This document shows positions 40,978 to 50,376 of a DNA stretch of 64,000 bases, one piece after another (positions within the stretch are counted from its first letter, which is position 1; each line of letters opens with the position of its first letter). Location of the stretch: contig CP129477.1 in NCBI GenBank assembly GCA_030583825.1, positions 138,259-202,258 on the forward strand, in the 5' to 3' direction. A program made the translations under genes and the position numbers. The stretch comes from Candidatus Dojkabacteria bacterium. Lineage in GTDB: Bacteria > Patescibacteriota > Dojkabacteria > GCA-002793355. Under the pieces are notes generated by a model, which had not been told where the DNA came from, searched no databases, and was given only the letters and a program-made list of their open reading frames with translations.

Positions 40978-41901
40978 ATGCTCTATGTTGTAAAAACCTC
41001 ACACCCTGATTCAGACAGTTTCACTCTGACAAATACCGTATTGCCTCTTATTTCAAAAGAGCCTCTTCAAAAAAAACGCTTCGACTGTAATGATCCAAAA
41101 GAATTGGAAAAGTTTTTTCTTGATACTCAGGTTATCTCGTTTTTACCAAAAGAAAAAACGGTGTATCTTCTCTCCGGGCTAAAACTTACCGAAAGCGATG
41201 GGAAAAAACTTCTTGCTGCAGCAGAGGCCGAAGATATTGTTCTTATAAGTCCTGCAGGAAAATCTTTGCCAAAATCTTCTCAGGTAAAAGAGTTTATAAC
41301 ACCGATCAAATCACAGCAGGTGAAGACATTTATTGCAAACGAAATAAAAGATTTGACTTTACCGTCGTGGCTATCGGTGCAAAAAATCCTTGAAAAAACC
41401 AGCATTCTTGATGATATGGGAAATGTATATCACTCACCATTGCAGGCTGTTATTTTGGTAAAACAGGTTTCTTTGTTGAAAGATTCTCCGGAACTTTTAA
41501 AAGCTCTCTTTGCAGAGGACTCCAACTTTGTTTCTCAATGGGCAATTTTAGAAAAACTTTTCTCTACACCAGTTGAGAGAATGGAATATTTTGAACAATT
41601 AGCAACCGTTTACGATCCTTATGAGCTTCTTAACATGATTAAACACAATCTTTTATTGGCTATTCCTATTGCCGAAGCACTGCAATCACGCATGGACACA
41701 GACTCTATTGCAAAAACATTAAAGAAACATCCTTTTTATATTAAGAATATTGCTTCGACTATTTCGAAGTTCTCAATAACACAAAGTAATGCACTTGCAT
41801 TACTTTCACGAATTATCCGTGTTGAAGAGAAGGTTAAAAGTGGAGAACTTGATGACCCCTCTATCGGCATTGATACTGTTCTCGCAACAGTAAGACATTA
41901 G
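40978..41901 (+). CDS. Possible DNA polymerase III delta subunit (HolA-like)
   Basis: The size (about 308 aa from the ATG at 40978) and alpha-helical composition fit. The sequence match is weak. The ORF track extends it to 40927, overlapping the LCP gene. Confidence 0.35.
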   Translation: MLYVVKTSHPDSDSFTLTNTVLPLISKEPLQKKRFDCNDPKELEKFFLDTQVISFLPKEKTVYLLSGLKLTESDGKKLLAAAEAEDIVLISPAGKSLPKSSQVKEFITPIKSQQVKTFIANEIKDLTLPSWLSVQKILEKTSILDDMGNVYHSPLQAVILVKQVSLLKDSPELLKALFAEDSNFVSQWAILEKLFSTPVERMEYFEQLATVYDPYELLNMIKHNLLLAIPIAEALQSRMDTDSIAKTLKKHPFYIKNIASTISKFSITQSNALALLSRIIRVEEKVKSGELDDPSIGIDTVLATVRH

Positions 41902-41910
41902 CTTGCAAAC

Positions 41911-42369
41911 TTATTTTGCAAATGATTCAACACTAATTGCCGATTCCTGAATACCATACAATATATCGTTTGACACAATCACCATGTACGGAGACTCTTT
42001 TAATACTGCTCGTGGCACATGTGCCATAAAATCTGTCGTCGGAGTAGATCCTTGAAATGCTAATACTTTTTCTGACTGTGTTGAAAACTGATTCGGCAAT
42101 GCCGAAAGTAAAAGATAGGTTACACACTGGTCTTTAGTTTTCCACGTAACGACAAGCTTTTCTTCTTCATTGTTTTGAACTTGGAAGTCGTGCGGCGTAC
42201 ACTTTTCAATTGTCTGCGATGCCAGTCTTTGAGATTGTGTTTCGGTAATATACTTATTCCATACAAATGTCATTGCAATAGGGATTACAATAACAGCAAT
42301 TCCTGAAAGTACTAGGACTATTTTGACAATTTTAATCATGATGAGAATACGATGTAATAACAAGGCCAC
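41911..42369 (-). CDS. N-terminally anchored hypothetical protein (152 aa)
   Basis: It has one N-terminal TM helix and no recognisable motif. Confidence 0.4.
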   Translation of the reverse strand: MALLLHRILIMIKIVKIVLVLSGIAVIVIPIAMTFVWNKYITETQSQRLASQTIEKCTPHDFQVQNNEEEKLVVTWKTKDQCVTYLLLSALPNQFSTQSEKVLAFQGSTPTTDFMAHVPRAVLKESPYMVIVSNDILYGIQESAISVESFAK

Positions 42370-43171
42370 TTCGTGTTTTAATCACACTTCCTTCGGATGA
42401 TGGAAGCTGAGTAAACTTCTGTGAACGAAACATTATAATAACAGCAGCAGTAAACAGTACAATTCCAATAACAATTGCAGGAATAATCAGTTTTGAAATA
42501 TTAATACTTGATGCACCAAGCACACTTCGTGTGCTCTCATTTTGTGCAACAATACTCCCTGCAGCCGTAGGAACTTCTCCTGTTGTATTCTCAACGTGTA
42601 GTACCCTTTCTTGTGCCGGCAAAGAAGCTTGAGGATGATACGGATCTTCCCATTCATCAATGCTTGTGCCAGAAACCAAAAATGGGGAACCTTCCGATTC
42701 CTCAATAGTAACTTGACTTATAGCTGTAGGAGACGGTGTTACACTTGGCGTTACCAGCAGTTGTTCCTCAACAATACGAATAGACGTATTTTGTTGGGAA
42801 GAAAGTATTCCAGCAGATACTGTGAATCGCAACGTAAATACTTGAATATCGTCAGGAATTTGCCCGCTAAAACTAAACGACTGTGAATCCCATACCAACC
42901 AACTTGGTTTTTCTTCAACAAGCAATGATACTGCATCAGAACCTGTGTACATATATACAACCTTGTATTCAAAGAAACTTCCTGACACAACTTGCTCAGG
43001 AGGAATTGATGTAATTTGTAATGTCTGTTGTGGAACTGAGTCTCTATTTTGCGAGTCACCATTACGAGAATTGCCGAAATAAAGCTGCAAACTCATAGGA
43101 ATAATGAACGTAACAAGCATGATGAGAAAGACGACAAAAATTTTAAAGATGATGCCCATACGTTCAGTCAT
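42332..43171 (-). CDS. Membrane protein with a dystroglycan-type cadherin-like/putative Ig domain and a C-terminal TM helix
   Basis: The cadherin-like pattern is SIPPEQVVSGSFFEYKVVYMYTGSDAVSLLVEEKPSWLVWDSQSFSFSGQIPDD. TM helices lie at both termini. The start is probably an internal Met (MTERMGIIF), because the annotated start at 43237 overlaps the divergent gene. Confidence 0.45.
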   Translation of the reverse strand: MTERMGIIFKIFVVFLIMLVTFIIPMSLQLYFGNSRNGDSQNRDSVPQQTLQITSIPPEQVVSGSFFEYKVVYMYTGSDAVSLLVEEKPSWLVWDSQSFSFSGQIPDDIQVFTLRFTVSAGILSSQQNTSIRIVEEQLLVTPSVTPSPTAISQVTIEESEGSPFLVSGTSIDEWEDPYHPQASLPAQERVLHVENTTGEVPTAAGSIVAQNESTRSVLGASSINISKLIIPAIVIGIVLFTAAVIIMFRSQKFTQLPSSEGSVIKTRSGLVITSYSHHD

Positions 43172-43216
43172 ATGTTTAAGTGTAGCATAACGCCAAAAAG
43201 ATGCTATACTTAACTG

Positions 43217-43792
43217 ATGAGTACGTTTATCAAACATTTATTCCTGGAATCACTCTTTGCAAGCGGTGTACTCCTTGTGGGCAAAATCATTGGAGTTATT
43301 GGTGGTTTATGGATTACAGGAACAACATTTTCGCTAACACAAACGACAAATATTATTCCTACGTTAAGCATCACTTTGCAGCAAGAAACAGCATTGTTAC
43401 AGGTTAATTCTTTGTCAAACATTATATTTCTTGTATTTGTTTTATTGTTTGCAAGTATTGCTGTATCAAAAATCTATCTTTCTCACGAAGTCAGAAAGAA
43501 TAAAAAGCTTGCTGCAAAAATTATTTACTACAATCTTGCAGATTGGGTTGAAAACGGTGAAAGTATTTATTCAAAATTATTTGCATGGGCCATATTTCTT
43601 TGGCTTTCTGCAATCTTAGTACTCAGAGATAGCCTTATTGGAATCTCTTGGAATGGCATTGCAATTATTGCTATCACATTTGCAGCAGTGTACAGCGCAA
43701 TGATCTTCCTTTATATTGAAAAACGTATTCAACTAATTTCGTTTCATAGGTCTCATGGAAAAAAGCGTGCCACCGTCAAAACTTCTCTCTAG
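43217..43792 (+). CDS. Polytopic membrane protein, hypothetical
   Basis: The 191-aa product has at least 4 predicted TM helices. Confidence 0.45.
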   Translation: MSTFIKHLFLESLFASGVLLVGKIIGVIGGLWITGTTFSLTQTTNIIPTLSITLQQETALLQVNSLSNIIFLVFVLLFASIAVSKIYLSHEVRKNKKLAAKIIYYNLADWVENGESIYSKLFAWAIFLWLSAILVLRDSLIGISWNGIAIIAITFAAVYSAMIFLYIEKRIQLISFHRSHGKKRATVKTSL

Positions 43793-44321
43793 AGCTCTTG
43801 AAGCTGTTGGCTTATTTGCTGTTGTCGTTATTATCGGAGGAACATATCTTGCTTTTGGAGCATTAACACCGAAAGTCACATCACAAAAATCTGCTAATGT
43901 CTTAGGAGCACGAACAGAAAATACTGTGTTTTATTATCCAGTAGACGTCAGCGCGCAACCGATAATTGATGATACAGTAATGCGAGTTGATCCAGATCAG
44001 CCAAATGTGACAACATTTGAATATGAGTTTAATTCGTTTATGCCGTCTGAATACGCAATTCCAATTATTGAAATTCGCAACAATAACGACGAGGCAGGGG
44101 CAATAAAGATTTCGCCAACATTGTCTGCTGATCAGACACCTGTTGAAATTGCTTTGGAAATTGATGGCATCGAAATTCCACTCATTGATAAAAACGGTAC
44201 ATACCTTATTCCAGAAGTGACACTCCAACCTCGAACAATTACGCCAGTTGTTTTGCATATCCGAAGCACAGAGCAACTATTTAGTCCACCATCATTAACA
44301 CTGACGTTCGTACAATTCTAA
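43755..44321 (+). CDS. N-terminally anchored hypothetical extracytoplasmic protein
   Basis: The 188-aa product has one TM helix. Confidence 0.4.
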   Translation: MEKSVPPSKLLSRALEAVGLFAVVVIIGGTYLAFGALTPKVTSQKSANVLGARTENTVFYYPVDVSAQPIIDDTVMRVDPDQPNVTTFEYEFNSFMPSEYAIPIIEIRNNNDEAGAIKISPTLSADQTPVEIALEIDGIEIPLIDKNGTYLIPEVTLQPRTITPVVLHIRSTEQLFSPPSLTLTFVQF

Positions 44322-44388
44322 TCATTGTAAATCCACAGTACTAGGCAAATTTTGCATTCAGCTAATCAATTTAATGATATAATCCGTT

Positions 44389-46191
44389 ATGAGTGAATCC
44401 CAAAATACCGTGCGAAACTTCTGTATCATTGCACATATTGACCACGGAAAAACAACTTTGACTGACAGAATTCTTGAATTAACATCTCAAAGTCATCACA
44501 AAGACCTACGCGAAAAAGACCGCTTAACCGATATTCTCGAAATTGAGCAAGAGAGAGGTATTACAATCAAACTGCAGCCGGCAACAATGCAATGGAAAGG
44601 TCATACCTTGAACCTTATTGATACGCCAGGACATGTTGACTTCACTTACGAAGTATCACGATCTCTTAAAGCATGCGAAGGAGCATTACTGCTTATTGAT
44701 GTTACTCAGGGAATCCAAGCACAGACAATTTCAAACTTATTGCTTGCTATGGAGGCTGATCTTGTTATCATTCCAGTTATTAACAAGGTTGACCTTGATC
44801 CACAGTTGGTGCCTGAACGATTAAAAGAAATTAAAGATATTCTTGGATTCAAAGAAGATGAAGTAATTCTTGCATCAGGAAAAACAGGCCTCGGTATAGA
44901 TACAATTCTGGACACAGTTATTGAAAAAGTTCCTGCACCAGAAATTCCAAACAAGACTTCTCTTTCAGCATTGATATTCGACTCTTTCTACGATGAACAC
45001 AAAGGAATTGTTGCTGCAATTCGAGTCATTGACGGAAAAATCACTAATGCAAGTCAGTTGCATTTATTAAATACAACGACAGAATTCACTCCAAAAGAGA
45101 TTGGAATCTTTACACCAGAGCTTGTTCCTTCACAAGAATTAGCTGCAGGATCGGTTGGTTACATTGCAACAGGTATTAAAGATATCCGTAAAGTAGGCAT
45201 TGGCGATACTATTTCAGACAAAAAAGATGCCGACGCAATTCCAGGATATCAACGTCCGGTTCCCAAAGTATTTGCATCTATTTTCCCTGAAAACCAGGAA
45301 GATTACATTGATTTAAAAGAAAGCATTGGAAAACTCTCACTTAATGATGCTGCACTACAGATTTCAGACGACTACTCTCCACTGCTTGGACAAGGATTCC
45401 GCGTAGGATTTCTTGGACTTCTTCATCTTGAGATTACAAAAGAACGATTGGAGCGTGAGTTTGCAGTCAGAACAGTAGTCACAATTCCGAGTGTAGAATA
45501 TAAAGCAGTCTTAAAGACAGGAGAGCAAATTTCAGTCAAGTCGGCATATGACCTTCCAAATATTAGCACTATAGAATCGTTGTCAGAGCCATTTATTAAA
45601 GGAGAAATTCTTACACCATCGTCGCATATTAGCAGTCTGTACGAAACAGTTATTCGCTTTAGAGGAACAATTCTCAATACACGCGACTTATACTCGTCAC
45701 AATTCTCTAGTTATAACTATGTTGTGCTCGATATTGAAATGCCGTTTGCAGAGCTTCTGAAAGGCTTTTTTAACACATTGAAGAGTGTCAGCCATGGATT
45801 TGCATCATTCCAGTATGGAGACATTTCTTATAGAGAAACAAAGCTTATTCGAATTGATATTTTGGTTAACAAAGAAATTGTTCCGCCATTATCGTTTCTT
45901 GATATTCCAGAACGTGCTGTTGAACGGGCATCGAGTATGCTGAACACGCTAAAGAAAACTATTCCTCCGCATGTATTTTCTATTCCGCTACAAGCAACTG
46001 TTGGAGGGAAAATTATTGCCCGTGAAGATGTCTCAGCCTTCCGCAAAAATGTTACTGGCAAGCTATACGGCGGCGATATCACGCGAAAGAAAAAGCTGCT
46101 GGAAAATCAGAAAAAGAAGAAAAAAGAAATGCAGATTGCTGGAAAGGTACGTATTCCTTCAGAGACATTCATAAAAATCATTAATAGCTAG
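44389..46191 (+). CDS. lepA: Elongation factor 4 (LepA)
   Basis: The product begins VRNFCIIAHIDHGKTTLTDR, is 600 aa, and has a LepA-type C-terminus. Confidence 0.9.
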   Translation: MSESQNTVRNFCIIAHIDHGKTTLTDRILELTSQSHHKDLREKDRLTDILEIEQERGITIKLQPATMQWKGHTLNLIDTPGHVDFTYEVSRSLKACEGALLLIDVTQGIQAQTISNLLLAMEADLVIIPVINKVDLDPQLVPERLKEIKDILGFKEDEVILASGKTGLGIDTILDTVIEKVPAPEIPNKTSLSALIFDSFYDEHKGIVAAIRVIDGKITNASQLHLLNTTTEFTPKEIGIFTPELVPSQELAAGSVGYIATGIKDIRKVGIGDTISDKKDADAIPGYQRPVPKVFASIFPENQEDYIDLKESIGKLSLNDAALQISDDYSPLLGQGFRVGFLGLLHLEITKERLEREFAVRTVVTIPSVEYKAVLKTGEQISVKSAYDLPNISTIESLSEPFIKGEILTPSSHISSLYETVIRFRGTILNTRDLYSSQFSSYNYVVLDIEMPFAELLKGFFNTLKSVSHGFASFQYGDISYRETKLIRIDILVNKEIVPPLSFLDIPERAVERASSMLNTLKKTIPPHVFSIPLQATVGGKIIAREDVSAFRKNVTGKLYGGDITRKKKLLENQKKKKKEMQIAGKVRIPSETFIKIINS

Positions 46192-46227
46192 CCTGGTTGT
46201 AAGCCTCGCACCTACGCTGAGAAAGTA

Positions 46228-47013
46228 CTATTCATTTCGAATGGAATTCCAGGTAAAAAATTCATTCACAAATATTTCTTTTTTGCCTGGTAGTGTGAAT
46301 TTCCCAGTTCGCTTAATATATTGAATAACTCCAAGCAAGTACTCTATTGCGTCTAAGAAAGGCAATGAAGGCTTTTTATTTTCAATTGATTTTTCCAGTA
46401 AGGCCGCATAATCACTCATCTCTTTATGCCATGCAGGAAAGTATTTCGCAATCCACCTATTTGCTTTAACAAGCTCCCAAAATGTATCATGTCGCTGAAA
46501 CAAAATGATTGAATCAACTGCCTGTACAGCAAACGCAAGGCTTTGGTGTAACGCAAAGTTATCAGATGTTTTATAAAAGTTAATACAGAATTTGTCTGTA
46601 ACATTTGAAGCATGACGATTTCTTCTTTTACCAAGCAATGAAAAGACAAGCCAATCGTAAAAACGTGTGAGCCAAATTCTTCGAGGAGAAACAATAATCC
46701 AAAGATCAATATCGTGATCAGGTGATGCATTTAACGATGCAACAGATCCTGTAATAGCAACCATTTCTACCCATGGGAGAAACTTCCAAACCCACAAAAA
46801 CTTTTTTGCAAGCGTAATTTTGCGTAGTGATTCTTTTACTCTCTGTGCACGATCATGGTCAGAAAATAACTTTGCATTCTCAGAGACGACATATCGCCTT
46901 GCCGAATCTGGCATATCGGCATAACGAAGAGCATCGTACGGCCATTGATATTTCGCTTTATATGCTATAACTTCGGAAGAAATTTGTGTCTTTGGTAATT
47001 TCATAAATTGCAT
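46228..47013 (-). CDS. Nucleotidyltransferase-domain (Pol-beta superfamily) protein
   Basis: The NTase signature GS-x10-DHDIDLWIIV (GSVASLNASPDHDIDL) is present. No partner HEPN gene is adjacent. Confidence 0.45.
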   Translation of the reverse strand: MQFMKLPKTQISSEVIAYKAKYQWPYDALRYADMPDSARRYVVSENAKLFSDHDRAQRVKESLRKITLAKKFLWVWKFLPWVEMVAITGSVASLNASPDHDIDLWIIVSPRRIWLTRFYDWLVFSLLGKRRNRHASNVTDKFCINFYKTSDNFALHQSLAFAVQAVDSIILFQRHDTFWELVKANRWIAKYFPAWHKEMSDYAALLEKSIENKKPSLPFLDAIEYLLGVIQYIKRTGKFTLPGKKEIFVNEFFTWNSIRNE

Positions 47014-47083
47014 TATAATCGAGCCCCCTGGGAATTAATACTATACCTCGAAATATTATAACTTTTTTGATACACTTAGCATA

Positions 47084-47860
47084 ATGTATGAGCACGCAAT
47101 CCCCCAAAATATTATGGACTATGAGTTCAAACTTTTTGCGGGATTAACAATCAAACAATTTATTATTATTGCAATTAGTGGTGGGTTAGCATTTGGTATC
47201 TTTCAATTGCGACAAATCGGTATTTTGCCTGATGTATTTATGTGGGTACTTTTGCCGACAGTACTGCTTGGCGGGATCGCACTTGGCATGGGAAGTTATC
47301 AAAAGCGTCCGTTTGACGAGTGGGTAACTCACTTTTTTAGAGCGATTAACTCTCCATTACGCCGGTCATGGAAAAAAACAGATGCTGCAGTTCCTAAAGA
47401 GCAATTCTTTGGTACAAAAATCTCGGTATTTCCAAAGTATCTTAGCGTATATTTTCTAAGCGAAGATGAATATCGCAAGTTTACTCAATATTCTGTAAAT
47501 CAGGCTCCCGTCGCAACTACTCCATCAACATTGAGTCCAGTTATTCCAATTACAGCAGAAAACATTGGAGACTACGCAGATCCGAACATTGTATTGCCAA
47601 TGATTCCAAATACAATTGCCTTTCGTATTATGCAGGATGGAATCCCAACAGAAGGAGTTATCGTGTACGTAAAAGATAGCAATGGTAACGTGGTAACCGC
47701 CCTTAAAAGCAATGAATCAGGTATTTTGTACTTTGACCAAAGTTTCCCTAATGGTGTGTATATTTTCGAGTTTCAGTCCGATATGGTCGAACTACCAAAG
47801 TTGCAGATTATGTTTGAAGGCGGAAACTATCCATTACTTAACATTAGTCCGTTGTCATAA
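47084..47860 (+). CDS. PrgI-family (VirB3-like) T4SS membrane protein with a C-terminal beta-sandwich-like extension
   Basis: The N-terminus IPQNIMDYEFKLFAGLTIKQFIIIA plus two TM helices matches the PrgI family. An extra 130 aa contain GVIVYVKDSNGNVVTALKSNESGILYF. The stop overlaps the start of the next gene (ATAATGG). Confidence 0.6.
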   Translation: MYEHAIPQNIMDYEFKLFAGLTIKQFIIIAISGGLAFGIFQLRQIGILPDVFMWVLLPTVLLGGIALGMGSYQKRPFDEWVTHFFRAINSPLRRSWKKTDAAVPKEQFFGTKISVFPKYLSVYFLSEDEYRKFTQYSVNQAPVATTPSTLSPVIPITAENIGDYADPNIVLPMIPNTIAFRIMQDGIPTEGVIVYVKDSNGNVVTALKSNESGILYFDQSFPNGVYIFEFQSDMVELPKLQIMFEGGNYPLLNISPLS

Positions 47861-48495
47861 TGGCGAGCAATCCAACAGACCCACGAAACGCGCCAATTGT
47901 GGCGTCAACTCAAGAATACCTTGAAATTGCTGATGTCATTAGTGATTTATTGTTAACCAAAAATGGCACTGTCTGTCTCATTATTCGTACATCATCTGTA
48001 AACTTTGATCTTCTTTCAGAAGTTGAACAGGATATTAAAATTCAATCTTTTGCATCGCTCGTAAACTCGCTTGACTACGATATGCAGATTTTGATTGAAA
48101 CTCAAAAAGTAAATATCAGCTCTTATGTAGAATTTCTCGATCAAATGGATACTCCTGACCTTTCTCCTGGATTGAAAAGACAATTTACCATTTATAAAGA
48201 GTTTATTCGAAACCTTATCACTAAAAAAGAAATTCTCGATAAGAAGTTTATGATTGTTATTCCATTCCGATCAACAACGCCAGTAAGCCCATTGTCTCCA
48301 CTTGAATACAAACATAAGATCCTTGAAACAGCGATTAACTTTTTATACCCTAAAAAGTACCACATGTTGAAAATGCTCAAAGGAATGGGACTTGATGGCT
48401 ACCAGATGACAAATAAAGAAATTGTTAAATACTTTTTTGATGTGTTTAACCCGGACAATCAAATCCAGATTGAAGGAATTAATATTCGGTTATAA
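47860..48495 (+). CDS. virB4: VirB4/PrgJ-like T4SS ATPase, N-terminal fragment, ending at an in-frame TAA
   Basis: QEYLEIADVISDLLLTKNGTVCLIIRTSSVNFDLLSEVEQDIKIQSFASLVNSL follows the conserved N-terminal pattern of Gram-positive VirB4 proteins (IPY..V.DG.I.T..G.F.K.Y.L.DVNF..AS.EEQE.IF..Y..FLNS). It is in the same reading frame as the next ORF. Confidence 0.65.
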   Translation: MASNPTDPRNAPIVASTQEYLEIADVISDLLLTKNGTVCLIIRTSSVNFDLLSEVEQDIKIQSFASLVNSLDYDMQILIETQKVNISSYVEFLDQMDTPDLSPGLKRQFTIYKEFIRNLITKKEILDKKFMIVIPFRSTTPVSPLSPLEYKHKILETAINFLYPKKYHMLKMLKGMGLDGYQMTNKEIVKYFFDVFNPDNQIQIEGINIRL

Positions 48496-48501
48496 TTATT
48501 T

Positions 48502-50376
48502 ATGGACTTTCAGGCACTGCTTAAAAATTTGCCGTTTGCGAAAAAAGAAGAACAGGGTGTTGTTATCCCCGGAGCCGATGGAACTGCAGTTACTGTGGAT
48601 CCAAACGATATGAACATTGTGGACTTGATTGCCCCTCAGTACTTAGAAATGGATTGGAACTACATGAAAATCAACAACAAGTACTACTCTGTTCTCATGA
48701 TCACGGATTATCCCCGAACTGTACGTTCAACATGGCTTTCTCCACTCATTAACTTTGAATCATCACTTGCGATCAGCACATTTTACTATCCGGTAGATTC
48801 AGACGAAATTCTCGACAAGCTAAAAAAGAAAATTGCAGAGCTTGAAGCATCACTCGCAACAGAATACGAAAAAGGAAAGGTTCTCGATCCAAAAAATAAG
48901 GTCGCATTGCAGGACGCACAATCACTGCTTGATAATGTCGCCTCCGGAAAAGAAAAGTTCTTTAACACAGGAATGTATATCCGTGTTTCTGCAGCATCTC
49001 CAAAAGAGCTTGATTCGTTAATCAAAAACGTTCAGAACACGCTTCGTGCAATCGGATTAAATGCCGTTCCATTAACCTTACGTGTTGATGAAGGAATTAC
49101 TTCGACATTGCCATATGCTCTCGACCCTATTTATAAAGTCCGTAACATGGATACAACTGCCCTCGCCATGACCTTTCCGTTCGTGACGTCTGACTTAACC
49201 ATGAGTCAGGGTATCCTGTACGGCGTTAATATGCACAATAATAGTATGGTTATTTTCGACAGGTTTGAAATGCCGAACTTGAACGAAGTTATCTTTGCTA
49301 CATCAGGTGCTGGTAAAAGCTACCTCGTTAAACTCGAAGCGATGCGTTACCTTTTGACCGGATGTCAGGTACTTATCATTGACCCGGAAAGCGAATACGA
49401 AAAACTTTCACGAGCGGTTGATGGTGAATACATTACATTCTCCCAAGATACAGGGTCAAAAATTAACCCGTTCGAATTTCTTAAGTCCTCGAAAGGTGGA
49501 ACAAAAAATATCTTGAACGACAAAATTCAAGGTTTACATACTCTTATGAAGCTAATGCTTGGAGAGCTTTCAAATGTAGAGTCTTCACTACTTGACCGAG
49601 CATTCCGTATGACTTACAACGAAAAAGGAATTAACAACGATCCTGATACCTGGACAAATCCAGCGCCACTTTTGGAAGACTTGTATAAAGTTCTAAAAGG
49701 TATGGCAGAAAAAGAATCGCACGAGCTTGCCGCACGACTTGAAAAGTTCGTATTTGGTAGCGCTGCCGGAGTATTTAACCAACCGACAAATATTGAAATT
49801 ACAAACAAGTTTACTGTATTTAGCATTCGTGACCTTCAAGACGATTTGCGACCTATCGCAATGTACATGATTCTTGATTTCATCTGGACACGAGTTCGCG
49901 AAGACTTACGAAAACGAATTCTTATCGTTGACGAAGCATGGACAATGATGCAATACGAAGATTCTGCGCGTTTCTTGTATGGAATCGCAAAGCGCGGACG
50001 AAAATACTATCTTGGACTCACGACAATCAGCCAGGACGTAGACGAATTCCTTGCCTCTCGATACGGAAAGGCTGTTGTCACAAACTCAAGCTTGCAATTT
50101 TTGTTAAAGCAAAGCCCTGCAGCAATTGACCTTATCACAAACACATTCAACCTATCGTCAGGTGAAAGAAACTTCCTGTTAAGCGCAGGTGTTGGAGAAG
50201 GTATCTTCTTTGCAGGACGAAATCACGTTGCTATTAAAATCATCGCGAGCCGAGGTGAACACCGCTTAATCACGTCGAACCCGAAAGAGCTTTCAAAAAT
50301 GAAAGAACAAAACCTCCAGTTCAGCGAAGAAGATATAGCTGAAAGCGCATTGATTTATGAGCCAGGAACAGAGTAA
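48502..50376 (+). CDS. virB4: VirB4/TrbE/CagE-like T4SS ATPase, C-terminal 624 aa including the ATPase domain
   Basis: Walker A is ATSGAGKSYLVK and Walker B is ILIVDEAWTMM. Family-typical regions include DYPRTVRSTWLSPL and GLTTISQDVDEF. Confidence 0.8.
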   Translation: MDFQALLKNLPFAKKEEQGVVIPGADGTAVTVDPNDMNIVDLIAPQYLEMDWNYMKINNKYYSVLMITDYPRTVRSTWLSPLINFESSLAISTFYYPVDSDEILDKLKKKIAELEASLATEYEKGKVLDPKNKVALQDAQSLLDNVASGKEKFFNTGMYIRVSAASPKELDSLIKNVQNTLRAIGLNAVPLTLRVDEGITSTLPYALDPIYKVRNMDTTALAMTFPFVTSDLTMSQGILYGVNMHNNSMVIFDRFEMPNLNEVIFATSGAGKSYLVKLEAMRYLLTGCQVLIIDPESEYEKLSRAVDGEYITFSQDTGSKINPFEFLKSSKGGTKNILNDKIQGLHTLMKLMLGELSNVESSLLDRAFRMTYNEKGINNDPDTWTNPAPLLEDLYKVLKGMAEKESHELAARLEKFVFGSAAGVFNQPTNIEITNKFTVFSIRDLQDDLRPIAMYMILDFIWTRVREDLRKRILIVDEAWTMMQYEDSARFLYGIAKRGRKYYLGLTTISQDVDEFLASRYGKAVVTNSSLQFLLKQSPAAIDLITNTFNLSSGERNFLLSAGVGEGIFFAGRNHVAIKIIASRGEHRLITSNPKELSKMKEQNLQFSEEDIAESALIYEPGTE

